NCBI GenBank assembly: GCA_951406725.2 | Contig: OX597814.1 | Coordinates: 192,138,001-192,202,000, forward strand | Reading direction: 5' to 3' | From: Octopus vulgaris | Taxonomy: Eukaryota | Length of the DNA stretch: 64,000 nt | In this document: one piece after another, positions 15,255-28,803 of the stretch | Layout of the letters: each line of letters begins with the position of its first letter | How positions within the stretch are numbered: position 1 is the stretch's first letter | Position numbers and translations under genes: made by a program | The notes under the pieces: model-generated | Told to the model about the DNA's origin: nothing | Database searches by the model: none | The model's input: the letters and a program-made list of their open reading frames with translations, nothing else

Positions 15255-15258
<4 letters not shown>
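15072..15258. mobile_element. Fold-back pair of RTE 3' tails (head-to-head)
   Basis: CATCATCGTTTAACATCTGCTTTCCATGCTAGCAT... mirrored by ...ATGCTAGCATGGAAAGCGGATGTTAAACGATGATG. Confidence 0.8.
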
Positions 15259-15293
<35 letters not shown>

Positions 15294-16570
15294 TACCTTT
15301 TACTTGTTTCAGTCATTAGACTGTGGCCATGCTGGGGCACCACCTTGAACAATTTTCAGTCGAATGTATCAACCCCAGCACTTACTTTTTTTTTAAAGCC
15401 TGGCACTTATTCTAGGGATCTATTTTACTGAATCACTAAGTTACAAGGACGTAAGCACACCAGAACTGGTTGTCAATCAGTGGATGGGACAAACACAGAT
15501 ACAATGACACACACATAGGTGTGTGTGTGTATATATGTATATATATATCATCATTACCATCATTGTTTAACATTTGCCTTCCATACTGATATAGGCTGGA
15601 CAGTTTGACAGGAGCCTGCACCAGACTTCTGTGTCTTTTTTGGCAGGGTTTTTACAGTTGGATGCCCTTCCTAACACCAACCACCCAGTGAGTGGACTGA
15701 GTGCATTTTACATGGCACAAGCACAGGTGAGGTCAGTTTTGGCAAGGTTTTTACAGCTGGATGCCCGTCCAAACATCAACCACTTTACAATGTGGGCTGG
15801 ATGCTTTTTACATGGCATCAGCACATAAAAATAATATATATATATATACAGACACACATATACGCAACAGGCTTCTTTCAGTTTCTGTCTACCAAATCAC
15901 CTTACATGACTTTGGTTGGCCCGAGGATATAGCAGAAGACACTTGCCCAAAGTGCCACACAGCAGGACTGAACCCAGAACCATGTAGTCAGGAAGCAAGC
16001 CTCTTACCACACAGTCATACCTGTGCTTATGTATATGTGTATAAGCTTTCAGTTTCTGTCTACCAGATCCACCCACAAGGTTTTGGTCAGCCCACTGCTA
16101 TTATAGGAGACACTTCCTATAGTAACCATGCAGCGATACGATACATAAGATACATATAAACACATACACACAAGGAGCTTTGTCATAAAACTAGCACTAG
16201 GATATCAGGGTCCCAAGCAGTAAAATATTTCAAGGAGGCCTTAATCTGTTGATTGGGAAGCAAGTTAAACATATACTGCTAAGAATATGAGCTGAAGTTT
16301 ATTTACACAACGTTATATAGAAGTAACGTTATATAGAAGAAACATTGTGTACACCATTATTTATTTATATATATGTAGGGTCAGGCTTGGCTGTGTGGTT
16401 AAGAAGCTTGCTTCCCAGCCACGTGGTTTCAGGTTTAGTCCCACTGCGTGGCACCTTGAGCAAGTGCCCTCTGCTGTAGCCTCGGGCCAACTGAAACCTT
16501 GTGACTGTATTTTGTAGGTGGAAGTTACCGTCGTGTGTATAAGTGCTTGTGCCTCCTAATTGATGTCTGC

Positions 16571-16601
<31 letters not shown>

Positions 16602-16603
<2 letters not shown>

Positions 16604-17329
16604 ATCATCATCATCGTTTAACGTCCGTTCTCCATGCTAGCATGGGTTGGATGGTTCGACTGGGGATCTGGGAAGCCAGAAGGCTGCACCAGGCTCCGGT
16701 CTTATCTGGCAATGTTTCTACAGCTGGATGCCCTTCCTAACGCCAACCACTCCGTGAGTGTAGTGGGTGCTTTTTACGTGCCACCTGCACTGGTGCCAGG
16801 CGAGGCTGGCATCGGCCACGGTCGGATTGGTGCATTTTACGTGCCACCGGCCCGGATGCCAGTTGAGGCAGCACTGGCTTCGGCCACGATTCGGATGGTG
16901 CCTTTTACGTGCCACCGACACGGAAGCCAGTTGAGGCGGCACTGGCATCGGCTACGATTCGGATAGTGCTTTTTACGTATCTCCAGTCCAGGGGTCCTGG
17001 CATCTGTCGGGTGCCAGTCATAGGATTGGTTCAATTTCGATTCCGATTTCACTTGCCCCAACAGGTCTTCGCAAGCAAAGGGGGTTGGCATAGGTGCCTG
17101 TCGTCGGATGAGGTTCGATATCGACTTCGCTTGCCTCAACAGGTCTTTGTGTGTCCAAGGGAGGAAAGGCATGCATAAGTGGGCTGGACTCACTTGTCCT
17201 GCCTGGTCTTCTCACAGCATATTTCCAAAGGTCTCGGTCGCTGGTCATTTCCTCAGTGAGACCTAAAGTTCGAAGGTCGTGCTTCACCACCTTGTCCCAG
17301 GTTTTCCTGGGTCTACCTCTTCCACGGGT
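16602..17329 (-). mobile_element. 5'-truncated RTE-clade LINE: ORF C-terminus, repeat-rich 3' UTR and (GAT)n tail
   Basis: Minus strand encodes RGRGRPRKTWDKVVKHDLRTLGLTEEMTSDRDLWKYAV (typical RTE C-terminus), followed by ~65-bp tandem units and the tail CCATGCTAGCATGG...CGTTAAACGATGATG. Flanked by (TA)n. Confidence 0.85.
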
Positions 17330-17451
17330 TTATATATATATAAAGTATGGAGGTTTAGTTCACAGGTGATCTAAATGATTGGTACGCTAGGTAAGTGCTG
17401 TAATAGATTACTAGGGCTCCAAGGAGCTATTGTAGATTTCCGATGCAGCAG

Positions 17452-17621
17452 ATATATAATTGTTAAAGAGGACAACACACATTAAGGCAAGGCAAACATC
17501 TCAAGTCATCTACATTATTTTTATTGGAAAAAATTCAATCGTTGAATTTTTTCCAATAATAATAATAATGTAGATGACTTGAGATATTTGCATTGCCTTA
17601 ACGTTTGTTGTCCTCTTTAAC

Positions 17622-17632
<11 letters not shown>
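17452..17632. repeat. Near-perfect ~180-bp palindrome next to (TA)n
   Basis: ATATATAATTGTTAAAGAGGACAAC...GAAAAAATTCAA-TCG-TTGAATTTTTTC...GTTGTCCTCTTTAACAATTATATAT. Confidence 0.9.
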
Positions 17633-17667
<35 letters not shown>

Positions 17668-17862
17668 TAGGTATCAGTTAGAGGGGTTTAATACCTTTAA
17701 GGAATAATTAAATCCAAAGTTTATAGGGGACCATTCTACAAGGTAAAAAATGATTATAAGAGGGATCAGGTATAGAAGCAATATTGGGGATAAGTGACAT
17801 CGGATGAGGTAGTAAAGCATGCCCTTCAAATGTTGAGTTCTATTTTTCTTGTTTGCATCACC

Positions 17863-17902
<40 letters not shown>

Positions 17903-19651
17903 GAGCGTGGTTTAGTGGTTAGGGGTATTTGGCTCTTAGCAGTGTGTTGTGTCCTTGAGCAAGACACTTTATTTCACATTATCGCAGTCCACTCAGCTTG
18001 CAAAAATGAGTTGTAATTTTTTTTTTCAAAGGACAGTTTTGTCACATTGTGCTTTGTCATATGTCTGTGGAGTGTTCAGCCACTTGCGCGTTAATTTCAC
18101 AAGCAGGCTGTTCTGTTGACCAGATAATGGAATATCTGTCATCATAACCAAGTGCCTTCTCTATATGTTCTCTTTGTGAACACGATACATATAAGAATAC
18201 GTGTTGTTTATTATATGTATGATTACACTAATGTCAATGTATTAGACACTTAAACAATGTTACAGTTTTATCCTCAGATCCTGTTCAAAATCTGCGTAAT
18301 ATGTTTTAGTAATGACTAATAAGTCTAATCAGATATTGATCTACCCCAGGTCAGGTCCTGATTGAGCTGACCTATACTCAGTCATTCTAGGCATGACCAT
18401 CCTGCCTTTTATGACATGCATTATCCAATATGTCCCGCCTTTCTCTTTCACTTTATTTATTTATTTGGATTTGAAAATCTACACAGTAGGATGTGAATTT
18501 GAAGAAGTTTTGCTGGTGAACATTACCTAAAGACTTTATCATTGGACCAATCAGTATTTTCAAATACAGCATTAGCTTTTATACTAAGGATCAGCTCTAA
18601 TCCTTTCATCCAGCCCACAATTTCCTTTCATCCCATCTGCTGACTTAATTGATGTTGCACACAAAAACACACTTTTGTGCCACTTATGTGGCATCTTGGG
18701 CAAGAGTCTTCTACTATAGCCCCAGGCTGACCAAAGCCTTATGAGTGCATTTGGTTGGCAGAACCTGAAAGAAGCCCCCACCCCCATTATATGTTTGTGT
18801 GGTGTGGAGGAGGTATTTGTGCCTTCTCATTTTGATATTATATGGTAGTTGTAAATGAATGTCACCGTCATGCAAGCAGTGTCGTTTATTTCCATTATTC
18901 TGTGAAAGCATGTCTTGTTCATCATCATCATCATCATCATAATCATCATCGTTTAACATCTGCTTTCCATGCTAGCATGGGTTGGACGATTTGACTGAGG
19001 TCTGGCGAACCAGATGGTTGTACCAGATTCCAATCTGATTTGGCAGAGTTTCTACAGCTGGATGCCCTTCCTAATGCCAACCACTCTGAGAGTGTAGGTA
19101 TGGGGAAATATTATGTTACTGGGAAACAGGTGAGTGTTGGTGACAAGAAGGGCATCTGTTCATAGAAAATCTACCTCAATAAACTCTGTCTGATGCATTT
19201 GAACATGGAAAAGTAGATGTTAAAATGATGATGAAATGAATGTTGAAATGAATTTTTCTTTAACAACCAATACAATTCAGTATTGAAAAAAAGCCTAAGT
19301 TTTGCAGAGCCCTTAAAAGAATCAGTGTTTCATATTAATGGAAGAACAGCAAAAATGAAAATCCATTCACTTAAATAAAAAATAAAAAAAGTTTGTGCTG
19401 GTGTGAGACTAAACATTTAAATGACTTCACTTTCCTAAATAAATATAAAAGTGGCTTACAACATATATGTTGTCTTAATCATAGTTTGCATGAAAAATCA
19501 ATCCTAAAAAGTTAAGGAGTGACTAAATATATTTACTTGTCCATTGAGGAAAACATTTAAATTGGCTCATCACATTTACACTTACTAAAAGTGTTTTAAC
19601 ACTTCATTTTATGCTGTATCATACATGGCACATACTGCTCTTTAGGTTGTT

Positions 19652-19707
19652 AAATGTGTGACAATTCCTTTACAAATGTGTGACAATTCCTTCACAAATG
19701 TGTGACA
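19652..19707. repeat. 22-bp tandem repeat (~2.5 units)
   Basis: AAATGTGTGACAATTCCTT(T/C)AC. Confidence 0.9.
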
Positions 19708-19789
19708 GGTGGCATTTTGTTTGTTTGTTGTTCACTGACTTTATAATGTGCGTTCAATTTGTATTATACAACCTTTGTATGAACTGTTG

Positions 19790-20193
19790 CTCTCTCTTTA
19801 CTCTTTTACTTGTTTCACTCATTTGACTGTGGCCTTGCTGGAGCACCGCTTTTAGTCGAGCAAATCGACTGCAGGACTTATTCTTTGTAAGCCTAGTACT
19901 TATTCTATCAGTCTCTTTTGCTGAACTGCTAAGTTACGGGGACGTAAACACACCACCATCGGTTGTCAAGCAATGGTGGGGGACAAACACAGACACACAA
20001 ACATACACACATACATATATATACATATATACGACGGGCTTCTTCCAGTTTCCGTCTACCAAATCCATTCACAAGGCTTTGGTCGGCCCGAGGCTATAGT
20101 AGAAGACACTTGCCCAAGGTGCCACGCAGTGGGAATGAACCCGGTACCATGTGATTGGTAAGCAAGCTACTTACCACACAGCCACTCCTGCGC
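19790..20193 (-). mobile_element. SINE family A, full length
   Basis: Same consensus, followed by partial copies at 20194-20266 (-) and ~20303-20470 (+). Confidence 0.85.
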
Positions 20194-20790
20194 TCCTTTC
20201 AGGTTCTGCCAACCAAATCCACTCATAAGGCTTTGGTCAGCCTGGGGCTATAGTAGAAGACACTTGCTGTTTAATTTTTTTTATTTTAATTTGAATAGAA
20301 GACAGGCACAGATATGGCTGTGTGGTTCAGAAGTTCACTTCTCAACCATATGGTTTTGAGTTCAGTCCCCCTCTGCAGTGCATGGGTTGAGTATCTTTCA
20401 CAATTGCCCTGAATCAACCCAAAACTTTGTGAATGGATTTGGTAGATGAAAACTGAAAGAACCCCTTTGTATGTTTGCAATGTATGTATGCATGCATGCA
20501 TGTTTGTTTACATTTGCACTTCCCTGAAAATTGGTCAGTTATGGACATTGGCATTGCTACCATTTTCCTTGCCAGTGAGCCATCTGCTGGCTTTGTACCT
20601 TTGAAGAGTGTACAAAGAAAACAAATGAAAAGAAGACGTATATGGCACAGAGATTATTCTCTGTTACGTCTCAGTTGTATAATTTGTATTGTTGACTTCA
20701 TAGCTAAGGATTTGATGAAAACTGGTCTATATATTTATAAAAAGGATTCAAAGTAGAAAAGCAGTGGCATTCCTCCACATAGATACAGAA

Positions 20791-20821
<31 letters not shown>

Positions 20822-21795
20822 TATCACCTAACAAGACTAATGACATTGTGCTTACTCACATGTGACTATTGATATTCCCAGACATGTATACACAAACTTA
20901 TATGTGTATGCATATAAGTGTGTGTGTGTGTATTACACACACAAGTGCTAAATTGATAACAGTAATATTATACCATAGTTACTCCAATGTTTTGCATTTT
21001 TTGTGCCTCTTTTATATAATTCCATATACATTACAGTGAAAGCTTTACAACATAAATCAACCTTTACACACCTCCAGCCATGATAAATAACTTCAACCAC
21101 TTTCCCTGCCGTTTTAAAGAAAATTGAGAAGCAAATTCTCCATTTTTTTTTCTCTCCCAAATTTGCTCAAAATCTCACTCTCAGCCTAAAAGCTACAGTT
21201 TTCAACAATGTTTTTCAGATTTCATTGAAAATGTAAAAGCATTACTAATCTTTCAAAATCCATTTGACTGCATTATCTAGGAAATTCCAACAGATCTTTA
21301 ACTAAAAGCTGTTGATCTGCAGCCAAATGGCATGCTAAAAGACTAGTACGAAAGGGAAAACTTGACTGACTTTCTTAAATACATCATCATCATTATCACT
21401 ATTTTTCGCCTGTTTTCCTTATTGGCATGGGTAGGATTGTTTGCTAGGATTCAATTGGTTAGGAGATTACATCTTTTTCCAGTACCTGATTCTGGTATGG
21501 TTTCTACAGCTGGAAGCCTTTCTTTATAAGCAGCCACATTACAAAGTTCACTGGGTGCATTTTTTATGGCATTTGTACAAATAGTCTTGCTGACAATAAA
21601 GCACCTGCCTTGCCATCACCAAGACAAAAAGCCCTCTCAGGCCCTGCATTGTTGCAACTTGAATTGATTACCAATCACTTACAGGGAGTATTGGGTGCGT
21701 TTTTTGTGACTCCAGCACATAATCCCAGATGAAATATATGTCTTCAAAATCCATTACTTAGAGATTGATTTCAGCATTTGATACTGCCCAGTTTA

Positions 21796-21966
21796 CTGTA
21801 TTTTAAAGTATTTAAGGAACCTTTGTGTATAAGGAACCCCCTAAATTTTGTGGCTTAAAATTTGAAAAAAATGATTTTGTAAGTATTATCTGTGTACAAG
21901 AAACTCCTATATTTTTTTAACCTAATTTTTGACAAAAAAGGATTCCTTATACATGTTAAAATACAG
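21796..21966. mobile_element. Pogo-like MITE
   Basis: TIRs CTGTATTTTAA / TTAAAATACAG and internal TAAGGAA / TTCCTTA repeats. Confidence 0.55.
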
Positions 21967-22690
21967 CATATACAGAAGAAATAAGAACAAAAAAACCCTT
22001 TTCAAACATGATGTATATTAAGTATCTTTAAATGTCAATGTTAAGTGATAACCACTTGATTACAGGATCTAAAATAATTTGAATCAAAATTTGACAATAT
22101 TTAAGACACCCCTCTTGTCACACATTACCACTATTGCTGTGAAAAAGGAAAGAATTTCATAGTCCTTCTTGGTTGATAGTACATGTTTACTGTAAGTACA
22201 CTTGTAGCACATTTACTCATTCTTTTTTTCTTCTATTGTTGATTAGATAGCATACAGCTTAGACCTTATTCCTCTCTTTCTCTGTCACACACACACATAA
22301 AAATGTATTTTAAATGTTATAATGCACTGGGTCTATATTCCACATGAACTGCAAATGACAGCTGTCTTTCCTTGGCGTTTGGGTGGGCTTTTCCCACCAG
22401 GCTGCTAGGCTACCAAATTATTAGATAAACTAGTGAATGTGTTCAAAACTTTAGTTTGTACAGCATTTACCTGGCAAACCTTTGTCAGTAGCAATCCTGC
22501 CAGTTACATTTATATTTTTCGTGCTGAACACCACAATTTAATCCAAGCTGATATCTAACTGAAACAAGGTTTCCTAGTGACATTAAATATTGAAACTAAA
22601 ACATGTACGTTTTGAATGACTTTAAATAACACCAATTGTAACTGTTATTTATTTATTTTCTCTTATCATGTTGTTCTGTTGATATTATCG

Positions 22691-23001
22691 TGGAGGTGCA
22701 ATGGCCCAGTGGTTAGGGCAGCGAACTCTCGGTCGGAGTATCGCAGTTTCAGTTCCCAGACCGGGCATCGTGTGTGTTTATTGAGCAAAAACACCTAAAG
22801 CTCCACGAGGCTCTGGCTGGGGGTGGTGGCGACCCCTGTTGAACTCTTTCACCCCAACTTTCTCTCACTCTTTCTTCCTGTTTCTTGAGTAACGCTGCGA
22901 TGGACTGGCGTCCCATCAAGCTGGGGGGGAATACATATGCCACAGAACCGGGAAACCAGGCCCATGAACCTGGCTAGGCTTGAAAAGGGCACATAAAAAA
23001 A
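22691..23001 (+). mobile_element. tRNA-derived SINE family C (V-domain-like centre)
   Basis: A box TGGCCCAGTGG, degenerate B box, GCTGCGATGGACTGGCGTCCC (resembles the V-SINE domain, from recall), A-rich tail. Confidence 0.65.
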
Positions 23002-23154
23002 ATTGTGCTATTATCGGTATTCTAATTCATTTACATGCAAGTAAGTATTGGTTAGTGACAGGACTGGTATTCAGCTGTAAAAGAATATTTCAATATATTT
23101 ATCTAACCTATGCTAGCATGGAAAAATAGGGATAAAGACAAATGAACAAAACTC

Positions 23155-23366
23155 ATTACTCTTTTACTTGTTTCAGTCATTTGACTGTGGCCATGCTGGA
23201 GCACCGCCTTTAGTCAAGCAAATTGACCCCAGGACTTATTTTTTGTAAGCCTAGTACTTTTTCTCTTGGTCTCTTTTGCTGAACCGCTAAGTTACAGTGA
23301 CGTAAACACACCAGCATCGGTTGTCAGGCGATATTGTGGGGGACAAACACAGACACACAAACATAT

Positions 23367-23418
<52 letters not shown>

Positions 23419-23515
23419 GACGGGCTTCTTTCAGTTTCCCTCTACCATATCCACACACAAGGCTTTGGTCAGCCCGAGGCTATAGTAAAAGACACTTGCC
23501 CAAGGTACCATGCAG
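23155..23515 (-). mobile_element. SINE family A, 5'-truncated
   Basis: Same consensus lacking the tRNA head. Confidence 0.8.
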
Positions 23516-24924
23516 CTTTTTTTAATGTAATTAATCAATATTATGATGTTTAGAAATGCTTGATCTTTATATTGGTTTCAGTGGAATTTGAACTCAGAAT
23601 CTAAGGAGGTTATCTTTTATATTATTACCACTGGAAAATATTTATTTTACATGAAATGCTTAGAAGGAAAACAAGTAACAAGCTATGTCCATAGCTGTAG
23701 ATGATCATAACTTCAGTTTTTTTATTCACCTTGGGGCTCCACAAGACATAGAAAGACATCTAATGTAGTCTCCTCCTCTCTCATCTTGTCCATAAGTTTG
23801 CCAACCCCTGTTTTAGATTAGTCTCTTCTCTTGTTTCAGTTGTTAGACTGTGGCCACACTGGGGCACCACCTTGAAAACTTTAATCAAACGAATCAACCC
23901 CAGAACTTGTTTTTAAGTTTTAGTTCTTATTTTGGTTTCTTTTTACTGTACTGCTAAGTTTCAGAAACATAAACAAACCAACACCAGTTGTCAAGCAGTG
24001 GTGGAGACAAATACACGCACATACACACAGTTTCCATCTACCAAATTCACTCACACTTAAACAGTTGTATACCACATACATAAGAATATGTACACCATGT
24101 ACAAGCTAAGATATATATATTTCTCATAGTGGAATGTACAAACACTATATATAGACAAGGAGTATGTCATGGTAAGGTGGACAAGGTAAGCAGTGCTTAC
24201 CCAGACCAGCATTCTGGATATAATTAAATATAAAAAATAAATGATTAAAAACAAAAAAAAAAACAGGAAACTATCACTGTATTCTCAGTTTTTAGATAGG
24301 TGCGCCGAGTCCTTATCTAGTTTCAAAAATTTTTTTTAAACTACTTGAAAAATCTTGTCCAACTCATGCCAGCAAGGAAAAGCTGGTGCACAAAAATTTA
24401 TAAATTCATTGTTAAACTTTACAGATAATTACATTCAGAATTCTTATCAATGTGCCTCATGTTTTATATGAGGGAGTGCAAAATATCTTTAGCTTTGTGC
24501 TATTTTCATAGCTCATTGTAGAAATATATTCCTAACTATGAGCTATGAAATAACAGACACATAGCTGGGATTGTATGCCAGATTTATATCATATTTCTAT
24601 TTTTTATCTTTTACTTGTTTCAGTCATTGGACTGCAGCCATGCTGGGACACTGCTTTGAGGAGTTTTAGTTGAACAGATTAACCATAAGATTTATGGTCT
24701 TTATAATGTTTTAGGTTTTTTTTTTGTTACAAGGACATAAATCAACACCAGCTGTCAAGTGGTTGTGAGGGTGTGTGTATGACAAACACAGACACAAAGA
24801 TACACATTCATAGATATAGATATATATGCCAGGCTTCCATACAGTTTCTGTCTACCAAATTTACTCACATGTCATTGGTCAGCTTGGTGTTTTAAAAGGA
24901 TTTAGTTCATCCGAAACCATGAAG

Positions 24925-25002
24925 CAAATATATATATATGTATGTATGTATGTGTGTGTGCGTGTGTGCATGTATATATATATATATATGTATGTATGTG
25001 TG

Positions 25003-25050
<48 letters not shown>

Positions 25051-25105
25051 TGTATGTATGTATGTATGTATATGTGTGTGTATATATATATACACACACA
25101 CACAA
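24925..25105. repeat. Compound (TA)n/(TG)n/(TATG)n/(CA)n microsatellite
   Basis: Read directly; source of several artefactual YI/CV ORFs. Confidence 0.95.
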
Positions 25106-25289
25106 ACTTCTAGAACAAGGAAATCTACCTATGGTCACTTACTCAAGGTGCTGCTCAGTAGGACCAAACCCCAAACCATGTGGTTACTAAATGAGCTTAT
25201 TAACCACACAGCTATACCTACACTAGTGTAATCTCTATTGATTAAACTTCCTTTTGACTCAGTCATTATCATCTATTATACTTTCCCCA

Positions 25290-25541
25290 GTTACGCCTGT
25301 TTTGAGCAAACAGAAATTTCAGGAAATGGAATAGAAAGAACACCTTTTAATCAAATATAGAGCTTGTAAACTAAGAGTATCGTGAAAGGCTCAACCTTCT
25401 GAGTTCTTTTACAGGGCTTAGAAAAACTGAAGGACCGCTACCATAAGTGTGTGAATCTGAGAGGGGAATATGTTGAATAGAATCATAGTTCACTGATTGT
25501 CTTGTATTGTCTTTTACCAAAAGCTAGGACCACTCCCCTCT
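25290..25541 (+). mobile_element. Mariner transposase C-terminal relic
   Basis: QGLEKLKDRYHKCVNLRGEYVE* ending at 25480 is a canonical mariner C-terminus. Confidence 0.7.
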
Positions 25542-25704
25542 GTGTATGTATGTGTGTGTGTGTGTGTAAATATATATATACATGTGTGTGTGTGTATGCA
25601 TATGTGTATATATGAGTGTATAGTTCGTTTTGATTACTTCTAGTGTGTAAAAACTGCCTGTTGAAGGCAGTTTTCTCAGTGTTTAAATATACACTATTTT
25701 ATAT

Positions 25705-25766
25705 TCAGTGTATATATATATGTGTATATATGAGTGTATATGTATGTGTGTGTATATATATATATG

Positions 25767-25811
<45 letters not shown>

Positions 25812-25870
25812 ATATATATATATATGTATGTATATATATATGTGTGTACAGGCCAAGCTTAATATCAAAA

Positions 25871-25965
<95 letters not shown>
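25705..25965. repeat. Compound (TA)n/(TG)n/(CA)n microsatellite
   Basis: Read directly. Confidence 0.95.
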
Positions 25966-25969
<4 letters not shown>

Positions 25970-27018
25970 TCTAGAACAAGGAAATCTGCCTATGGTCACT
26001 TGACTTAAAGAAATAATTAGGTTCTTTCATAGAGGAAACATAAAACGAATTTTTATTGTGTGTGTGTGTGTATTTGTAGGTGTGTTATTTCTGGTATTTG
26101 GCTGATAAAAACTCAGCAATATTATGTGGAATTTGTATAGGTGTGTAGAAGAAATGAATAGGTTTTAAACAGTACCCAAGTATCAATTTCCAGTAAAACT
26201 GAATGTTTATGAATTAATTTTATAATGCTAACTAATATTATGGTAGATTTTTGTTTTTTTAGTCCTGTTCATATTTTAGTTAGAATCCGTGTCTTAAGGA
26301 ATTGTTCAAATATTTTATTCCAATTATGAAAATTGTTGATATGTCTAAGGTTACATGTGGCTGTCTGCTAAGAGGTTTGCTTCATGGTTTCAGATTAAGT
26401 AAAGCCTTTTGAGTGGATTTGGTAGACAGAAACTGAAAGAAGTTTTTTGTGTGTGTGTGTGATAAGGTTTCAACAAGTATAGTCCTCAATCCACTGAGAG
26501 AATTGAGATATTATTTTGTATTTCACAAGGCTTTATATGTATAATAATATATATGTGTGTCCCTTACATGCCTGTCCAGCTGAGTGTCCCTAATTTTGTG
26601 GGCTTGTGGGTGCTGATGCCATGTAAAAAGCACACATACTGTTGCCACATAAACACACACATGCCAGTGCTGCATAAAAGCATCCAATGCACTTTTGTAA
26701 GATGGTTGGCATTAGGAAGGGAGTTCAGGGCACCCAGCCATAGAAACCATGCCAAAATAGACATGGAGCCTGGACAGCTCCTGTCAAACCACCCGATCCA
26801 TGCCAGTATTGAAAACGGATGTTAAGTGATGATGATGTATGTACGTATGTGTGTGTTGTAAAGTGGTTGGCATTAGGAAGGGCATCCAGCCATAGAAACC
26901 ATGTCAAAACAGACACATGGAACCCGGTGTAGCTTTCTGGTTTGCCAGCACCTGTCGAACCGTCCAACCCATGCCATCATGGAAGGCAGACATTAAATGA
27001 TGATGATGATGATATAAA

Positions 27019-27064
<46 letters not shown>

Positions 27065-27083
27065 TGTGTGTTTTTGTGTGTGT

Positions 27084-27398
27084 GAGGGCACATGACTTAG
27101 TGGTTAGGGCATTCAGCTCATGATCATAAGGTTGTGAGTTCAATTCCTGGCAACGCTTTGTGTCCTTGAGCAAGACACTTTATTTCACGTTGCTCCAGTC
27201 CACTTAGCTGACAAAAATGAGTAGTACCTGTATTTCAAAGAAGGGTCAGCCTTGTCACGCTGAATCTCCTTGCAAACTGCGTTAAGAGTACATGTGTCTG
27301 TGGAATGCTCAGCCACTTGCACGTTAATTTCACGAGCAAGCTGTTCTGTTGATCAGATCAGCTGTAACCCTCATCATCGTAACCAACGGAGTGCTTCT
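27084..27398 (+). mobile_element. tRNA-derived CORE-type SINE family D
   Basis: A box TGACTTAGTGG, B box GAGTTCAATTCC, GTGTCCTTGAGCAAGACACTTTA. Related copies at ~17900-18160 (+) and ~59160-59330 (-). Confidence 0.7.
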
Positions 27399-28411
27399 AT
27401 ATGTGTGTGTATTACTGTCTCCTTACCCTGACATTCTGTGATAGTTATGAGTATCAGTGTCAGGCAAGCAGTGACTTGTTTCCAATTTTCCCAAGAGTGC
27501 ATGTCTGGTCATGAAGAAATATTAATTTGCTTGGAATCAGGTGAGGGTTGGTAACAGGATAGGCATCTGGCTATAGAGAAACCACCTCAACAAATTCTGT
27601 CCATCCCATGCAACTATGGAAAAGTGGACACGAAAAAATAACAATAGTCTAAGTTATATTAATATGAATATTAGATGTTCTGACGTTTCTTCAAATTAAA
27701 CTGTTTTTTGTTTTTCAACTATTTTCCAGGATGTAATTAACATTGTTACAATAGCTTTTGAATATTTATTTAGCTGTGACAAATTAACCAATTTGCTATT
27801 TTTGTTTATATGCTGAATAATATATTTTTCCATGACTTTACAATAAGCTTATTTTAAAATTCTTCAGTTAATATATATAATAATAGTGGTTTGTAATGAA
27901 AGAAACATTCAGCTGCTGTAACACATTTTCATTTGTCACCCACCTTTCTCATTGTTCAGAACTAAAACAACTTTCGGTATGTATTAACCGTGTAGCACTA
28001 CTTACATGTAAATTGTCTATTTTATAGTTTATTATTGGGTGGTAGGGTATAAACAGAAACACTTGTCTAATAGGTGTTTTGTTAGTTAATTTTTTCAGTG
28101 TAGGAAAACTGATGTATTATTAGTGCAATGATCTATGTAGGCAATGATTCAGTCATTCTTGTGTGTGAGCAATGTAAACCAGCAAACAATTTCTGCTTCA
28201 TCTTTGTTTGGCACTCCATCAAGTTGGCTTCATTCTCTCTCTTCCTTTTGTGCTCTGCAGCTATTAGAAATGCAGACAAGTGGAGTTCAACAAAGCACTA
28301 GTAGTAACATGATACAAAATGCTTGACTCTTCAGCCAAGAGACCAACGTCTACTTAGTTGTGGTGACACATTTAAAGAATGGAAATCACGATTGCAATAT
28401 AAACTTATATA

Positions 28412-28803
28412 GGCGTAGGAGTGGCTGTGTGGTAATTACTTTGCTTACGAACCACATGGTACCGTTTTCAGTCCCACTGCGTGGCACCTTGGGCAAGTAT
28501 CTTCTACTATAGCCTTGGGCCTACCAAAGCCTTGTGAGTGGATTTGGTAGACGGAAACTGAAAGAAGCCCATCGTATATATGTATGTATGTGTGTATATG
28601 TTTGTGTGTCTGTGTTAGTCTCCCCCAACATCACTTGACAACTGATGCTGGTGTGTTTACGTTCCCGTAACTTAGCGGTTCAGCAAACGAGACCGATAGA
28701 ATAAGTACTAGGCTTACAAAGAATAAGTCCTAGGGGTCGATTTGCTCAACTAAAGGCGGTGCTCCAGCATGGCCACAGTCAAATGACTGAAACAAGTAAA
28801 AGA
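28412..28803 (+). mobile_element. SINE family A, full length
   Basis: Same consensus. Confidence 0.85.

Noticed and set aside
16760-16990. Repeat-spacer-like array resembling CRISPR
   Set aside because: The spacers are homologous to each other, the array lies in an RTE 3' UTR, the context is eukaryotic and there are no cas genes.
25650-25675. Hairpin AAAACTGCCT-GTTGA-AGGCAGTTTT resembling an intrinsic terminator
   Set aside because: Eukaryotic context, isolated within microsatellites, no associated gene.
24826-26008. Cluster of overlapping ORFs rich in YI/CV/HT
   Set aside because: Translations of (TA)n, (TG)n and (CA)n microsatellites.
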